Source: Tubulanus polymorphus
Taxonomy: Eukaryota > Animalia > Nemertea
Direction of reading: 5' to 3'
Length of the DNA: 64,000 nt
Assembly: GCF_964204645.1 (NCBI RefSeq)
Contig: NC_134025.1
Location: 16,467,101 to 16,531,100 of the forward strand
This document shows, piece by piece, positions 1-14,138 of this stretch. Under the pieces are notes generated by a model that was not told the origin of the DNA, ran no database searches, and saw only the letters and a program-made list of their open reading frames with translations. Position numbers and translations under genes: made by a program. The first letter of the stretch is position 1. Every line of letters begins with the position of its first letter.

Positions 1-874
1 AGAGGGTTTTCCATAAACCGGCAGGTGGAAAGGGATAATATGGCTGAAATGACCTACAGAGCTCAAAGGCTCATTTGTGATTATGTACTTAGTTTTGATG
101 GTGATGTCACAAAAGTTCCGATTCCCCCTGAGCTGGTAACACATGCTGGATCAGCGCATAGTCGTTACAAAGACTTTCTCAAGGAGCAAGCTCCCACTCA
201 GTTATCAGATAAAGATTTAAAGCGCAAGAGAGGAACTGAGAAATTGAATGAGCTTACTGCGAAAAAACAATGCCTGGAAACTGATATTAATAGTCTGAAC
301 GCCTCTGCTGATTCATTGGCTGATGAAAGTTTAAAATCTCGCAAACAAAGTGAAACTCATGAGCTCATTTTAAAATCTGTGACCATGAGAATTTCGGCTA
401 AAGACAAATCACATGAGTTGGCCGACGTAATTTCAGCCATCGAAACTCAAATGGAGCAAATTAATCGATTGTAAATAGGTCGATGAGCTGTAATTTAATT
501 TTGTATAATTTTGTTATTTTTGCTTTCGATAGTATGGCTTTTTGATGGCGAGGTCTACCTGTAGTTCCATTGAAAGGCCCACAGATTTCTTGTTTTAAAG
601 TTATTAATTTCTGATACATGTAGTAAATCTTTCTTAAAATAAAGCTGAAAGATTCCAAAGTTATCAAGTGCTCTGCTACGCGTGGATGTTTCTTTATGAT
701 GATTTGCGTTTGTACTTCTTTTAAATTTCTGCAATAAAGGAATTTTCATTGCAATAAATTCGCCTTAAATACTAGTGTTTATATGGTATCTTTCAGAAAA
801 TAGTACTTGAATTTTGTTGAAATCGGTCCTTGAAAGTACTTGAATTAAGTTGGGCCTGGAGGCTATGAACCCTG
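1..874 (+). mobile_element. 3' end of hAT-like DNA transposon (transposase C-terminus 1-474 plus right terminus)
   Basis: Frame 1 reads RGFSINRQVERDNMAEMTYRAQRLICDYV..., resembling the (E)RxFS hAT dimerisation motif. Subterminal CTTGAA repeats are present. The element ends in CTATGAACCCTG (CAGGGTTC-type TIR), directly abutting Penelope RT coding sequence. Confidence 0.6.
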
Positions 875-2160
875 ATCATATCTGACTCTAATACTTATAA
901 GATACTCAAACGAGATCCTTTAAAAGATTGGCAAAAACATTTTAACAAAGATTTAGAAAACCTGTCTAAGAAACATCCTACTGATAAGAAATTCAGTATG
1001 AAATTTACCAGCCGATTACCCAGTTTACCCTATGCTTACCGGCCTCCCCAAGATTCATAAAAGTAATGTCCCTTTACGCCCTATAATTTCAAGCAGAGGC
1101 TCTCCCTCTTATTATATTTCTAAATCTATTGCCAAAATGCTTTCTCCCTTACTTGGGTCATTCTCTGGTTCTCATATCAAACATAATATGGATTTATTAC
1201 AAAGATTACGTCACATTACCCCCAATGGTAACAAGTTCATCTCTTTTGATGCAGTCTCTCTATTCACTAACATCCCTCTGGAACCAACGTTAGATTTCAT
1301 CAAACGTAAACTTCCATCCTTAAATTTGAATTTTCCTGTCTCAATTAACTGTCTCATTGACCTTTTTGAATTATGTGCTAGAAGAGCCTATTTTCAATTT
1401 GATGGCATTTTCTTTGAGCAAATACATGGTTTCGCTTTGGGCAACCCCCTCTCGCTGATTTTAGCTAACCTCTTCTTAGAACATATTGAATCGGAAATTT
1501 TACCCCTATACACTGGGGTCGCGCCTCTTTTATGGCTCAGGTATGTTGATGACATTTTATGTTTAGTATCAACTGATTTTAACCTTGAATGCCCTTTCTA
1601 TATGTTCTCATACATAATTTTAATTCGAGATTAGGTTTCTCTGTTTTTCGTAAACCTACTAACTGTGAATCCTACCTACATTTCTTCTCGTTCACTCCAA
1701 CTTACCTTAAAGTGGCCGTTGTTCAAGGTTTTTTCCTTCGGGCTTATAGGATTTGTGATAAAAACTTTTTAGATCATGAGATTTTACATATTCAATCCAG
1801 TTTTAAAAAGCTTGCATACCCGGACAAGATTTTAGTGAAAGCCCTTCACAAAGCCAAAAAAGTATTTTTCCCTCCCGCTCAACCCCATAATCCTATTGAC
1901 TCGTCTAAACCAAAAAACAAAATTATAGTTCCTTTGTCCCTTGCCTTGACAAATTCAAACCGGCTCTTCGTCATTTAAATACTGATTTAATTTTCAAGAA
2001 TAATAACAAAATTTCTAATTTTTGCTCCAATAACAATCTTAACCCTAATGTCCATTGTGGTTTTTCATGAAATTAACTGTTCTGATTATAACCTTTTTTA
2101 CATTGGGGAAACTGGTAGGAATATTAAGGAACATATTAAAGAACATACAGAGTTAAACAT
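875..2160 (+). mobile_element. Degenerate Penelope-like retroelement (RT + GIY-YIG endonuclease)
   Basis: Motifs GLPKIHK..PLRPII, SFDAVSLFTNIP, GFALGNPLS, WLRYVDD and VFRKPT, plus a YIGETGRN...IKEH remnant at ~2100-2150. Frameshifted, and cut at its 5' side by the hAT end. Confidence 0.9.
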
Positions 2161-2343
2161 AGTTTCCAATCCTCAATCATAGTAGGGGGTACCTCGATTC
2201 TATGCAATAGGGAACATTGCAGGTTGCCTTTAAAACAGACGTGAGTGCGTTATTATATGCCCTTGCTCCAATGGAATCACGCGCAAAATTGCCCTTATTT
2301 GAAATCAGCACCCTGCCCTTTTTTAATGCTAGATGAAGCACTG

Positions 2344-3885
2344 GAGTAGGAGTATTTTGTGATCACCCATATCCGTTGAGACCATGGGATCTCGGACCTA
2401 CTTGACCTATAGCCGAGGATACTCGGTTCCTTAATCACTTACTGAAAATTTCATCTTCCCATGGAAGCCCGTAACATAACTATAGATAGCAAAGAAATAT
2501 GTAAAGTACCGATATGATCATTTCATAATGTATGAATTATACATGGTACTGAAGATCAGAACCCTTGGGTACAGCAGGTAACAGATAAACAACAAAAATG
2601 TTCAGTCACACACGCCTCAGCCTAATACAATCACTGTGCTGACTTGAGGAGTGAGTTTGTTGCTTTGAACCGGCAGCAGTGCCTCGTAGGTTACACTAGG
2701 TAGGTTAATTGCTTTATTATTTACTATCATCTGTCACATTTGAAAAACTGTTTCGTGACCCGGCAGCCGCGTCATAAAGGCAGCAGTAACTCGTACTGTA
2801 TCAACTGACAATTCAAGTCAATGGCTATGCCAGCAGACCCATACACCCTCTGTGAACAGTAGGAGAGACTATGAAAAATTTGGTAAATGGCCCACCTCAT
2901 AAATTCCAGAATGCATTTCCATCGGAAACCATGCCCAAGCGATAAAACTCGTCGAGATCTACCACCAGGCAAATTTTCGGGGTGATACGTCCAGTAACAA
3001 CGGAACAGTCGGTACCACAATTCAGTATTATTATGTAAGATTATATAAGACTAGTGGAATGGGTGATTTTTAAATGTAGAACTTCCCACTTTTTGAGTAG
3101 AAGTATTTTAAAGCGGCCTATTATGTGGTGTGGTGTGATCACCCATGCACGTTGAGACCATATGGGATCTTGGGAAACGTAGAACTTCCGACTTATTGAG
3201 TAGGAGTATTTTAAAGCGGCCTATTTTGTGGTGTGGTGTGATCACCCATGCCCGTTGAGACAATATGGGATCTTGGGACCGACTTGTCGTGCCCGAGGAT
3301 ACTGGGGCCCTTAATCACATACTGAACATTTCTTCTTCCCACGCAGCCCAGGTAACAGAACTATAGATAGAAACAAATAAATGTCAAGTACTGATATGAT
3401 CATTTCATAATGTATGAATTTTACGCGGTACTGAAGATTTGAACCCGCGGGTGCAGCAGGAAACAGATAAACAACAAAAATGTCTAGTCACACACGCTAA
3501 CGCCTTAGCCCAATAGAGACTGACTTCAGTAAGTGAGTGTATTTCTTTGAACCGGTAGCAGTGCCTCGTAGGTTACGCTAAGTGGGTTAATTGTTTATCA
3601 TCTGTTACATTTGAAAAACTGTTTCGTGACCAGGTAACTCCTACTCTATGAACAGTGGTTGTCTCAAGTCAGTGGCTATGCCAGCAGACCCATGCGCCCT
3701 CTGTGAACAGTAGGAGAGACTACGAAAAATTTGGTAAATGGCCCACCACATAAATTCCAAAATACATTTTCAATGGAAACCACACCCAAGCGATAAAACA
3801 CGTCAAGATTACCACCGGGCACATGTTCAGGGCGATAAACGCAGTAACGATGGAGCAGTCAGTACGACAATTCGGTACTATTATA
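2344..3885. repeat. Diverged tandem duplication (~700-bp unit at ~2344-3030 and ~3195-3885, plus an extra ~100-bp partial copy at 3075-3178)
   Basis: Co-linear shared blocks, e.g. GATATGATCATTTCATAATGTATGAATT, GCAGTGCCTCGTAGGTTAC and CTCTGTGAACAGTAGGAGAGACTA. Confidence 0.85.
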
Positions 3886-6800
3886 TAAAGTATTTTGCAT
3901 TCATTTGGGTATTAATTGATTAAATGTGTTGTCTTGATCTAATTCGCTGATTCGGTGATTTGGCGAAGTTAAAACCCGTAGTCTGAATGATCCGAAGGCT
4001 ATTTTCTGGTTCATGCGTGATAAACCCCGAAAAACACCCACCAAACAAATAGAAAATAGGGATCAATTCTAAGACTAAAAAATATGCGTGGTTTCCATGC
4101 GAGATGCAAACAAGACGGTTCGTGGACGTATAAACTCAAGTTGGATGGTCAGGAGTCAACAACAGCTTAAATCATTTATAAACAGATGTTAGTAAAAAGC
4201 ACCGAAGTTGCTAGCCACTAAGCAGTTGTAAACTTGTGAACAGAGGAAGTATTAACATATATACACAATTGTGTCTTATTTTCTCCTGTCCGGTTTTATG
4301 TTAAATATATCCCGAACAAAGATTTTGTTTGAATAAATATTCAAATATCGACCCGGAAGAGCAATGCGGCCAACAGCATTTATTTTGAGTTTGAAAAAAT
4401 GACCTGTTGACTCAGTAAGTCGACTTTTCGATTTACCAGGTGGGCACCACCACGTTTTTAAATGGCTATGAAAACGGAGTCGAATCAAGAACGGCAATTA
4501 AGCTTGATGTCTCGTTTTCCTCACGGATAACATATCAGAATCAGTATTTCTCAAAATCTGTTACTTACCGAAGTCCTTGATTCGTGCTGTGTTGAGTATG
4601 TACATCGGATTTTACAAATCAGCACAGAAAGATATAACAAGAATTGAGGTCTGGGTTATTCAGTGACATTAAATTATGTCTTGAATGTCAGGTGATCGTT
4701 GACAAATATATGTACACACTGCAACAATCCTTATATATTCTTTGTTTTTGATAAGTCCATTTCCAGAGCCATTAAAAAAACCCGATACCTAGGTAATGCT
4801 TAGCCATGAATGGCTACTAATTCCATTTGAATATCTCATCCTCGGGCTAAAATCTAAGTCTACCACAACCTTCCCCCAAAAAATCAATTCAAATTATAGC
4901 TGCATAGCAGAGATAACAGGATTCTGCCTAACTGGTTCATATATCGCACTGGGAAGCGTCATCGAAATAATTGTAATCAAAAGATATGGTTATTTCACAG
5001 TCCCCTGGTGGCAGTTGCATGAACTAGTCTGTCGCACAAGCTCTCCGTGCGACGTTTTGATCGATAATTTTGTTAATACTAGGTAGATCTACCTTTATGC
5101 ATCAATTTGTTAAGTGAGGAATTTGCATTCAGATTTAAAGAACGATTTTTAACAAAGTTGTTTTTGTTTTCATTTATCAGTGACAGTTTACATATTGCAC
5201 ATATGTTTGAACTATAACAACTTTGAAAACGAACGTATACTCAATGAAATTTAATTTACTTCAATCACAAAGAGGGAATTATATGTAACAAATTTTTTGC
5301 ATTGTCGGGATTCGAACATGATGTGGCATCGACGTCTTTGATTTAGGTAATGTTGAGTTCATATGCCGAACGGAAGATGGTACAAAATGGCGGCGATAGA
5401 TGAAACAGAAACGGAAAATGACGGAATGGGACTTATATCAGTCCGATTACATGATTTTCAAAAACAAAATGGCAGCTTTTTGAATCGCTCATAGTCCGGA
5501 CTAATGTGAGTCTAAATCTAATAATTTACGGTTGAGTTGACGCTCAAGTTCGTCCGGTTATTTTAGGCTTCTCGGGGTGCACTTTATCAATGGAAGAAAA
5601 TTCTTTGCCGCGTTCTTGTCGCTGTTTAGACCCGAAAATTACGTGGGATTAATTCATAATTAATTACTATATGCGAATTTGAAATGGTCACACGCCGAGT
5701 TATATTTCTTACAGAAATGAAAATTACGTTTATAAGCTGTTAGTGGTCGAATCTGAGAGGAGTTAGATTTTATGAAAAATTTTTGGCTGGAAAGTGGAAA
5801 AGATATAATAATAATAATAATAATCAACAGAATTACAAAAGGGTGAATTCTATCATGTGAATTTAGGAAAGTCCATATTAAGAATTTCGTTTCTTGTTCT
5901 AAATTAAGAATCGAAATCCAAAAATAAAGTTGACATTTACTTGAAAAACTCTGCATTTCTTCCAATTGAATTCTTCATTAAATTATTGCCATGAAATAAA
6001 GGCAATTTCGATTAATCTTAAAACTTCAAAACATAATACAAACGGATTTAACTCGATGGTTATCGGTTAGAGTTTTATCGCTCATATATTTCAAATCCTC
6101 AAAGAGCATATTCAACATATTTAGATTTTAACTGCCCTGAAAAGTATATAGCGTCTGCCTACAGTTTTCCACTACTGTTTATACACTTGTTATATTGTCA
6201 CGTATCACTGCAAATCTGAAGCAAATGTCGCTATTTACAACAGGGATTCTGGCAAGCGAACCCAAACTGAAAAGAAGCCGTATGAAGTATGAAGAGAGGG
6301 GATAGACCTGAAATAAATGCAATTCAGTAATTAGGGTTTTCTGTTACTTCACAGAAAACCCTATTGAGATTCACGTGTTTCTTACTACTATTATTTTATG
6401 TCACACTATTTTCACTAAAAGAACAAAGGCTTTGTTACCTTGCCACTGTTGCCGATTCAACCCATATGATATCCTTCAGCTCACTTCGATCTACAAATAC
6501 CGCGTGCGTATTATCATGAATCAATGTTACAAAAGCACTGTCGGGCCGTAAACATTGAAAACTTGGCCCCATTCAATGAGGCGACATGTTTTTCTGAGTC
6601 GTCATCCCGAAATCCACCGGAGGCTACTCGTCACTTCGATTATCAAATCAAGTGTAAATAAAAAGATTTATTACCGCAAGACGTCACATTCTGCCGTGGT
6701 CTTCAAATAGTGAATTTAAAAATTACCCATTTTCTTCATCAGTACACTTTACCGACCCACAGGATATAATTTACTACTCTAAATATTATAAGCACTGTCG

Positions 6801-8544
6801 AGCTGTCAAGATTGATGAATCAACTTGTGTCTTTACATCTTTGTTCCGCGGATCCGCTGCGGGTTCTCCTCGCCATGAGAATCAAAGCAAGTACAAATAC
6901 AAATTTCGCGTAATGCTGAAAAATCCGCCCCGCGGACACTCGGAAACGTTACAGTGACGTCATCACCTGCTCTTTAGCATATCAAAATTCAGTCGGTGGC
7001 GCCACGTGATGGGCCATAAAAGCCTTTTTTTATTTCTGAATGCAAATTCCTTACTGAACAAATTGATGCATAGTATTTAGAGATAAACCAATTATAAACA
7101 AAATTACAGACCAAAACGTCGCACGGAGAGCAGGTGTGACAGATAGTAGGTCGCTTGAGGGGTGTTTATTGAGTTGTATGCCTACAAACGATTTCTTTCT
7201 TCATAATCCGAAAATGAAATCGATTTTACGAATTGAATACCCCATGGACCTATCCCTGTTAAAAAAGGTGTAGGAATACGATGTTTAGGAGGGTTGAAAT
7301 TCAATAGGCCTAAGACCAATCTGTTCGGTTTTTAGGCCTACTAGTAGCCTCTACGAGGTTAAAGCTAAGTTATCTATAAAGGAGGAAGCAGATATATTAA
7401 AATGCATGTATGAGTGATTAACTGGTTCTGACTGGCAATGATCAATCACAATTATCAACAATATTTTATTGGCAAAAATTAAGATTTTTTGGAAAATTTC
7501 ATCTGAGCTTTATAAACCAGACTTTTCATTTGAGTTTTCATGGGCTTGCATGCTTGCAAGCCCATATTGCTATCACACGGATCGATAACTTGCTTGGGGA
7601 GTAGATAACTTTCGTTAGAAACTTTCTTGGGCTCTGATATTTACACATATATAATGCAGTAATAAAATATAGGTTCCTTTCGTATATTGGCTATATCGGT
7701 TGCCTTTTTCATTGTTTTATGATTTTGTTTAATCGTTTTTGTTATTTCAGCAGCGCATACCAACGTTGGTTGAGCGTGCGTGATCAGTCTTGAAATCGGT
7801 ATTCATGCGCGGCATAGTGCTGCCGACAATTCAATTCATTCTTTATTGACACAATAAAACATTTACTTAGCCATTTGAAAAATCTCTGTGAACATTTACA
7901 TTTTTCAGTTTCAATATCTAAAACTTAAAACCCGCTTTTCTATAAAATAAATTCTGAATTGAATTGAAGACTGGTTCCCTGTCTCTTCAAAGAGCCAGGG
8001 GGTGGTAGTCTATGGTGGCAATAAACTTTAGGAGTAAACTTAGTGGGATGATCGTAGTGGATTGTTGTTTGAAGGAGATGCAACTTATTCTTGCTTCATG
8101 TCTTTATTATTTTAAAAAGAAAAATTGTGGCTCCTATCTATTTTCCTGTGCCGCTTCTCTTCACTTCACTAGTCACTCGAGTTAGTCACGTTTTTTCTTT
8201 CAGCTGTAGATTTTTCTATGCAAAATCATTTCAACACAATCCGATACGTAATCTAGCAGTTATCAACACGATGATAGATTCCGTTAAGACACTACAATAT
8301 TCAAATAGCAACTATCCAAAAGCTTGCACTAACTTGGTCCACGTCTACAATAAAACCATTCCGATATTCCCACTCCCCGTGTGTAACGTTTCATGTATGA
8401 TGTACGACCACCCATCTCTTAGCTCTTTAAGTAATCAGTTCAAAGTTCGATTAATTCGGCCCAAGTCCGATATACGTCGAAAATATTACGAAACTAATGC
8501 GCAAAGACATAACAGATGCGTGTGTTGCAGATTGGGGAGTCTCC

Positions 8545-8935
8545 GGATAGACATATGGGCAGGTTAACAGAAGACAGACAGTCACGTCTTCAAGTGGACA
8601 TGAGACAGAAACAGTTAGACAAATCATCAGAAGACAAAGAGACAGTCAGGTCTCCAGGTAGACAGGTGGACAGGAGACAGAGACAGTCAGGTCTCCGATT
8701 AGACAGGTCAACAGAAGACAGAAAGACAGTCAGGTCTCCAGGTAGTCAGGTCAACTGAAGACAGAAACACAGTCAGTTCACCAGGTAGACAGGTGGACAG
8801 GAGACAGAAACTGTCAGGTGTCCGGCCAGGTTAACAGAAGAGAGAGACATTCAGGTCTCCAGGTAGACGGGAGACAGTCAGGTCTCCAGTGGACACGAGA
8901 CGGTCACACAGTAGGTCCCTACGAGTGGACAGATA
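8545..8935. repeat. Purine-rich minisatellite, ~43-bp unit (GACAGTCAGGTCTCCAGGTAGACAGGTCAACAGAAGACAGA-like)
   Basis: About 8-9 imperfect tandem copies are visible. Confidence 0.85.
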
Positions 8936-9231
8936 GACATTTGGTAACAGATGGGTAATAAGCGATATACCGAAAACTCTCTTGTACTGCGCGATCTTTC
9001 CATGGCCTCAATTATAACCATGTTAACTAAGTTTTTTTTAATGCGTGAACAATATCATTAACTGCTATCACGTTCACAGACAGTGCATTACATAAACAAG
9101 GAAAAGCGTATTTGTATCAACAGATCGTGTACCGGTGGAGGGGTAGTTTGGCCCCAGACATTCTTAAAAAGCGCCCTTAGCTCAAATTTTGGGATGACTG
9201 TCGTCCAAGGATTAAAAAGCTAGATATGGCC

Positions 9232-9371
9232 GGGGCCAATTGCACAGTGGTGGTTTGACACCAAAAGTGTACTTGATTCTTAAGACTTATGTCAAGTTGT
9301 TTGATTGACTAGAGAACAAAGATGGTGTAAGACTGATCTTAAGTCTAAGCCGTGACTGTGCAACCGGCCCC
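9232..9371. mobile_element. MITE (Harbinger-like termini)
   Basis: TIRs GGGGCCAATTGCACAGT / ACTGTGCAACCGGCCCC (15/17 match). No clean TSD. Confidence 0.55.
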
Positions 9372-11794
9372 TATATTGCAATGAACAAAAAATGAAATGA
9401 GATATATATGCCTACATAATTCCCAAGACTGCACAGAGTAAAACGAGCCGATTAAAAACCTGATAAATGAATGTTGGTGCACAAAATATATTTACTACAA
9501 TAATGCCATGATGAATGCATAGTTCTGTTCAGGCCGGTTCAGTATCATCATCAGAACCAGTGTTGCGGTACATCCGGAAACTATATTCTGAATTAGTTCA
9601 TACTGCGGATGATCTTTGAAGATGCATACATGATTAGCGAAACCAATAATATGATGATATAAGTGAAACCTGACGTACCGGGTAGACGTTTTTATTTGTA
9701 AATAATAAAGTTTTTTCTTAAAATTTCCTTTGAGACCAATTTGTTGACGTTTGAGATCATCATGTGGTTGTAGTCCTCAAAATCAATTACAAGTCGGCAA
9801 ACAATATTGGGCCCAATATTGGTTTACACTTTGAAATTTTTTTCTAAAAACCTCTTAAGAACGGTGGCAGGCGCAAGCAAAAGACATCAATGAAATAATT
9901 TAAAACGATACCAAGAATTATAACGACATAATTTTATTGTAATATGATTTTGAAAACGATTTGTAACAGTCGATTCCTCATACAAAAATAGATATAAAAC
10001 GACGAGAGTTTCATAGACTTGGATACACTACGGTGCAAAAGTAAAGGAATGCTCACATCGACAGTTCACGACGTATTGCATGTAGTGTCTACCTGCCGAT
10101 CCCAATTACAGGTAAACAGCCGAGATCTTTTTTTCGTTCAAAAGACCTTTCACTCGAAAGGTCGTCGGAATAAAATTTTTTTCCATTAAACCAATAATAT
10201 TTTGTTTGATTGATCCAATTTGAAAGAATCGTTAGAACAAAGTTGTTTTCTTTGTTGAAACAACCTTTTTTTTGTCGAATGGTTTTTCGTTCGGACAATT
10301 ATTTGATCGGACAGAAACGTTCCCATTCGGACAAAATTTTCTTGTCGGGACATTAAGTTTTTCGTTCGAAGAAGTATATTGTGAAAAGTTTTTCGTCCGA
10401 ACACAAAGTATAAAGTATATTGTTAAATCGAACACAATTGTTTGCATTCAAACATTCGTTTGAACAAAATTGTTTTCGCTCATTTTTTTGTCGGGACATA
10501 AAGTTTTTATTTCAACAATAACATGGCTTTTTATTCAAACAAATTTTTTCAGAATGAAGAAAAGTTTTCGTTCGAACAAAAAAGCGCATTGTTGGGTCAA
10601 ACAGAATTGTTTTTATTCGAATAAGATTTTCTTCGGAATATAACGTTTTTTGATCGAACAGATATATTGTTCGCAGCGTTTTTCGTTGCAGAGGGCAAAA
10701 TTTTGGTGGAACTAGACAGTCTTCGTTATAATAAGTAATCTTAATTCGAACAAAATAATCTTCTCATTCGAACACAAAGGTATAATCTGAACCTGGGTTT
10801 TCTTTGTATCCAATATCCATATCATGCCTTTCAGGGAGAAGCCCAATTTTCTGACCATGAACAGAACACTGCTTGTTTAGATCATTTTGGAAATATACTC
10901 TGTCCAGTACATTTTTGATTACTCTGTATATCATCTATCAGGATAGTGAAGAGAAGACGATTTAGGATACTACCTTGTGTGACTCCATTCTAAATTCCCT
11001 TCATTTTCATGGCATGGTTTGGCGATCGTGGTTGACAGATTATCCAGACAAGATCATGAATACGAACCAGGATGTGCAGAAAACCTGTTATTGCTGCTTT
11101 ACAGCTATATTTTAGATACATTTTTGAGAATCTAGCTTTTGGGGAAAGGGCTGCAGGCGTATAAGGCAGCAAAAGAGGTCTGGTCTTTGAAAAATTAGCA
11201 TTTCATGCATTCTGAGCACTTTCTTAGTTGAAATTAGGAATGGTATATGCTCTCAATTTCACCATTTCCCCCACTGGCTACCTACGGATACCTACCCAAG
11301 GCATGTTTTACGTAAAAATGATAATGACGATAATAATCCGGCGATACAATAGTATACATCTGGTCTTTGAACTGCAGGCAATGAGAAAAATTATGTTCAA
11401 ACGTCAGTTTTATATTTGGAAATAAGTTCAGATCCGCGAAATTAATGTAATATCAACAAATCAACAATTCAGTGATTCAGCGAAGTTTGAACAGCCCCAA
11501 AACAATGCACATCTGACTCCAATTCTATATCAATTCTATACTAATTATCATCCGATTCTAGAAACGTTTTCTTATCAATCGTGGCAATTGCGCAATATAA
11601 GGCTGGCTCGCGTTTGAACTTCTTTTAAACTTTTTTTCATGTTCCTCAATGATAGGACCCTTTGACTTAAACACTTTTGGATTCCACGTTAGACAAAACT
11701 GCAAATCAACCGACTGATATCGGACCAACAATAACTTCTAAAACTGATCAAGTTAACCGACTGATCTTGATCTTGGATTAGTGAATACTGCAAA

Positions 11795-11910
11795 TACAGT
11801 AAACCGACCGAGGTTACAATATTGTAGCCTCGATCAGTGTTCACCGGAAAATCTGTGCAAGTCAACCGACCTATGTTACAATATTGTAGCCTCGGTCAGT
11901 GTTTACGGAT
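11795..11910. repeat. Two tandem ~60-bp units, each with palindrome CGAGGTTACAATATTGTAGCCTCG (second copy imperfect)
   Basis: Direct repeat with internal dyad symmetry. Confidence 0.7.
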
Positions 11911-12445
11911 GAATCGTGCATTTGCCTCAACCTAGTCTGCCAGGTTACTTATTGCTTTGTATTTATCCTTGCCCAAGCATAACCATAGTTCTTTTTTTTA
12001 GCTTTACAACTGATTCCACAAATTTGATAATTCTTTTTTCGAATAATAAAGTGTTTTAACTCTTTCATTGGGACCAGAAAAAAATCAACAAGCTAAGTGG
12101 AATTTGAGTTGAGGGTTTTGACGCAAAATTGGCCAAAAATTATTAAGAAATTAAACCATTAGGTATTGATCCTAAATGACTTGTTTTTAGCCCACTTGGG
12201 ACTTAAGTCCCAGCCGGCTATTGCATTCACTTTTCGTCCTTCGTCCGTCCGTTCGTCCGCCCGTCCGTAGACGGAATCCAGTTATTTTGGGAAGTTTTGA
12301 AGACGCTTCAATGTTATGTCCTGATATTTAAGTTACAGATGTATCTACCCTAGACACATCTTCAGCCAAAAACTGGCCCTGTTAGAATCATGATGGCTGA
12401 CTGGCAGCCATTGATGTTAGCCAAAATCAGCACTTTTTCACATTT

Positions 12446-14138
12446 TTATTATTGGTTGATGTCTATGATGTCATGCCAATGCTAGTAAAATGGATCGAAA
12501 ATAGTAGTACGAAAAAATAGTGCCGACTCTTCTCATTTTCATAGTAACTTCAAATTGTCACTCCATTCACGTAAAACATTAGAAACAGCTGAAAATTACA
12601 AAAAAAAATGTTTCAATTATTACCCACAACATAGCGTCGCCAGATTTCTGATTTAATGGTCCAAAAAGTTTTTCGATCGCATTTTCTCGTTCATTATTTG
12701 GTAGATGAGAGCGGGTTAAACAATCGCGTAGCGATATCTCCGCATTGACATTGGCAGTAAAGAATGGGGAACAGCCTCTTCTGAATAGAAAAACATAAAA
12801 TTATGTACCTCTGGTTTATAAATATCACTGTGTTTGGATATCACTGTTTTTCCAACTATCAGTATCCATGGGATTATTTGGGATTAATTCTCGGCGTCAG
12901 AATACGTATTTCTAGAGCAGTGGAACGGCAGCCTACTCGTGACTGAAACCCGTATGTGATCGTGCGGGAACACCTTTACTAAAGTTAAAACCATTTCATG
13001 ATGACACGAAACATCGAACGGTAAACGGTAGGCTACCACCATGATACGATATCACCAATAAAGATAGATCATTTTATTCAATTTTACCAGAGTTGTTTAT
13101 TGGAGGAAAATATCATTGTTAAGTACGCCGAGAACAACCATGTTGTATCATCATCAGTTGACTGACATTGTAAAATTCGATTCGGCTATATTCTAATATA
13201 AGTTTTCACTTTAGGACGCCCTACCCGCCTGCTGCGCACTCATAAGGCGGTAGCACCCTCTTACGCACTCGGCAGAGATTCGCTTTGTAATACGCGGCGG
13301 GAAAAATACCTTTTATTATCTTTTCCATGCGTTAAACAACAGTGATTGAATTTACGCGTTGTTTGTCGTAAATTGCAATATTGCGATGGTTATTTGCCGC
13401 TGCTGTAGTTTTTTGGAATTGAATCGAGCAGTCTCGGTAGCTCAGTGAGATAAAGGCGTGATGCTGTTGATTCCACTATCAATGCTGAGTTACAAGTGGG
13501 TTCGAGTCCTGCTGGCTGCGAATAGTGTGCGGGCAACACTTCAAAGGCCGTACCGTCGTGAAGTTAAATGAACAATCCAATAGGAATAGTCTTGGGAAAC
13601 CAAGATCCAAACGTAAAGCCAAACAAACAAAAAGACAAACAAATAATCATGAGCTGGCCTCAGTGACACCAATGCTGGCATCGCTCTCTGCGACGTTTTG
13701 CATGCGTACATGCATCAGAGGTTGGAGCTCTAAGATCACAGGGTCTTGCAATTGCATTCAGAAAAATCGTTCTGTTTTTGTTTTCATTATTCAGTGGGGC
13801 CTAACAGTTCATGCGTAAAATTGGGTTTTGTATCCAAATCTTGATTGATATAAATATCTTGGCTGGGACATGATAGAAAACATCAGAATAAACTAGTTTC
13901 GTCTTTTTAACAGAATCGCATTAATGAGGTTTAACAGTACAAATAGCCTAGGCTAAATTGTTCGGCAGAAAATAAATTCATTTTCAGGAATAAAATCGTA
14001 CAAGACAAATAGACCTTTAAGTCTGCGGTCCTCCCAATCAACATTGTCATAGAAGACTTGCCGGCAGATGTAAAACATTATAACCACTTAGTACCACAGT
14101 ATAATCTACCAATGCTTCAAGGCCCATGGGCCTCTTTT
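12446..14138 (+). mobile_element. HINE family A, copy 1 (~1.7 kb)
   Basis: 5' (GC)ATTGG..CCAATGCTA inverted repeat. 3' ACCAATGCT subTIR, AGGCCCATGGGCCT palindrome and T-run. Inserted into a T-rich site without TSD. Near-identical to 23131-24813. Confidence 0.85.
13428..13520 (+). pseudogene. tRNA-Ser-like cassette (Pol III A/B boxes) inside HINE-A copy 1
   Basis: A-box-like TAGCTCAGTGAG, AAGGCG, B box GGTTCGAGTCC, and a 3' CTGCTGGCTGCG able to pair with the 5' GCAGTC. Confidence 0.55.

Larger units (their letters stand above)
6328..11112 (+). mobile_element. Helentron-associated non-autonomous element (HINE family B), copy 1, with nested insertions
   Basis: 5' hairpin TAGGGTTTTCTGT..ACAGAAAACCCTA followed by a TAT microsatellite. 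3' subTIR GCAGAAAACC, small palindrome GCTGCTTTACAGC and T-rich end at ~11073-11112. Interior blocks are co-linear with the copy at 58545-63680. Confidence 0.65.

Noticed and set aside
5020-7150. Inverted repeat 5020-5135 / 7030-7150 as TIRs of a 2.1-kb DNA transposon
   Set aside because: No TSD. A minus-strand HINE-B 3' end at ~4890-4930 suggests two oppositely oriented copies of the same family.
8091-8758. ORFs of 158 and 80 aa
   Set aside because: No recognisable domain. The second is translated minisatellite.
10120-10790. TTCGAAC-rich array as a CRISPR-like repeat
   Set aside because: No constant repeat or spacer length, no cas genes, and eukaryotic context. It is the interior of a dispersed repeat.
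13428-13520. Functional tRNA gene
   Set aside because: The D arm and anticodon stem cannot be folded canonically, and it lies inside a multi-copy transposon.
13525-13818. Recurrent small ORF (also 24268-24477 and 41278-41535)
   Set aside because: Similarity simply reflects HINE-A copies. Indels change the frame between copies and no domain is recognisable.
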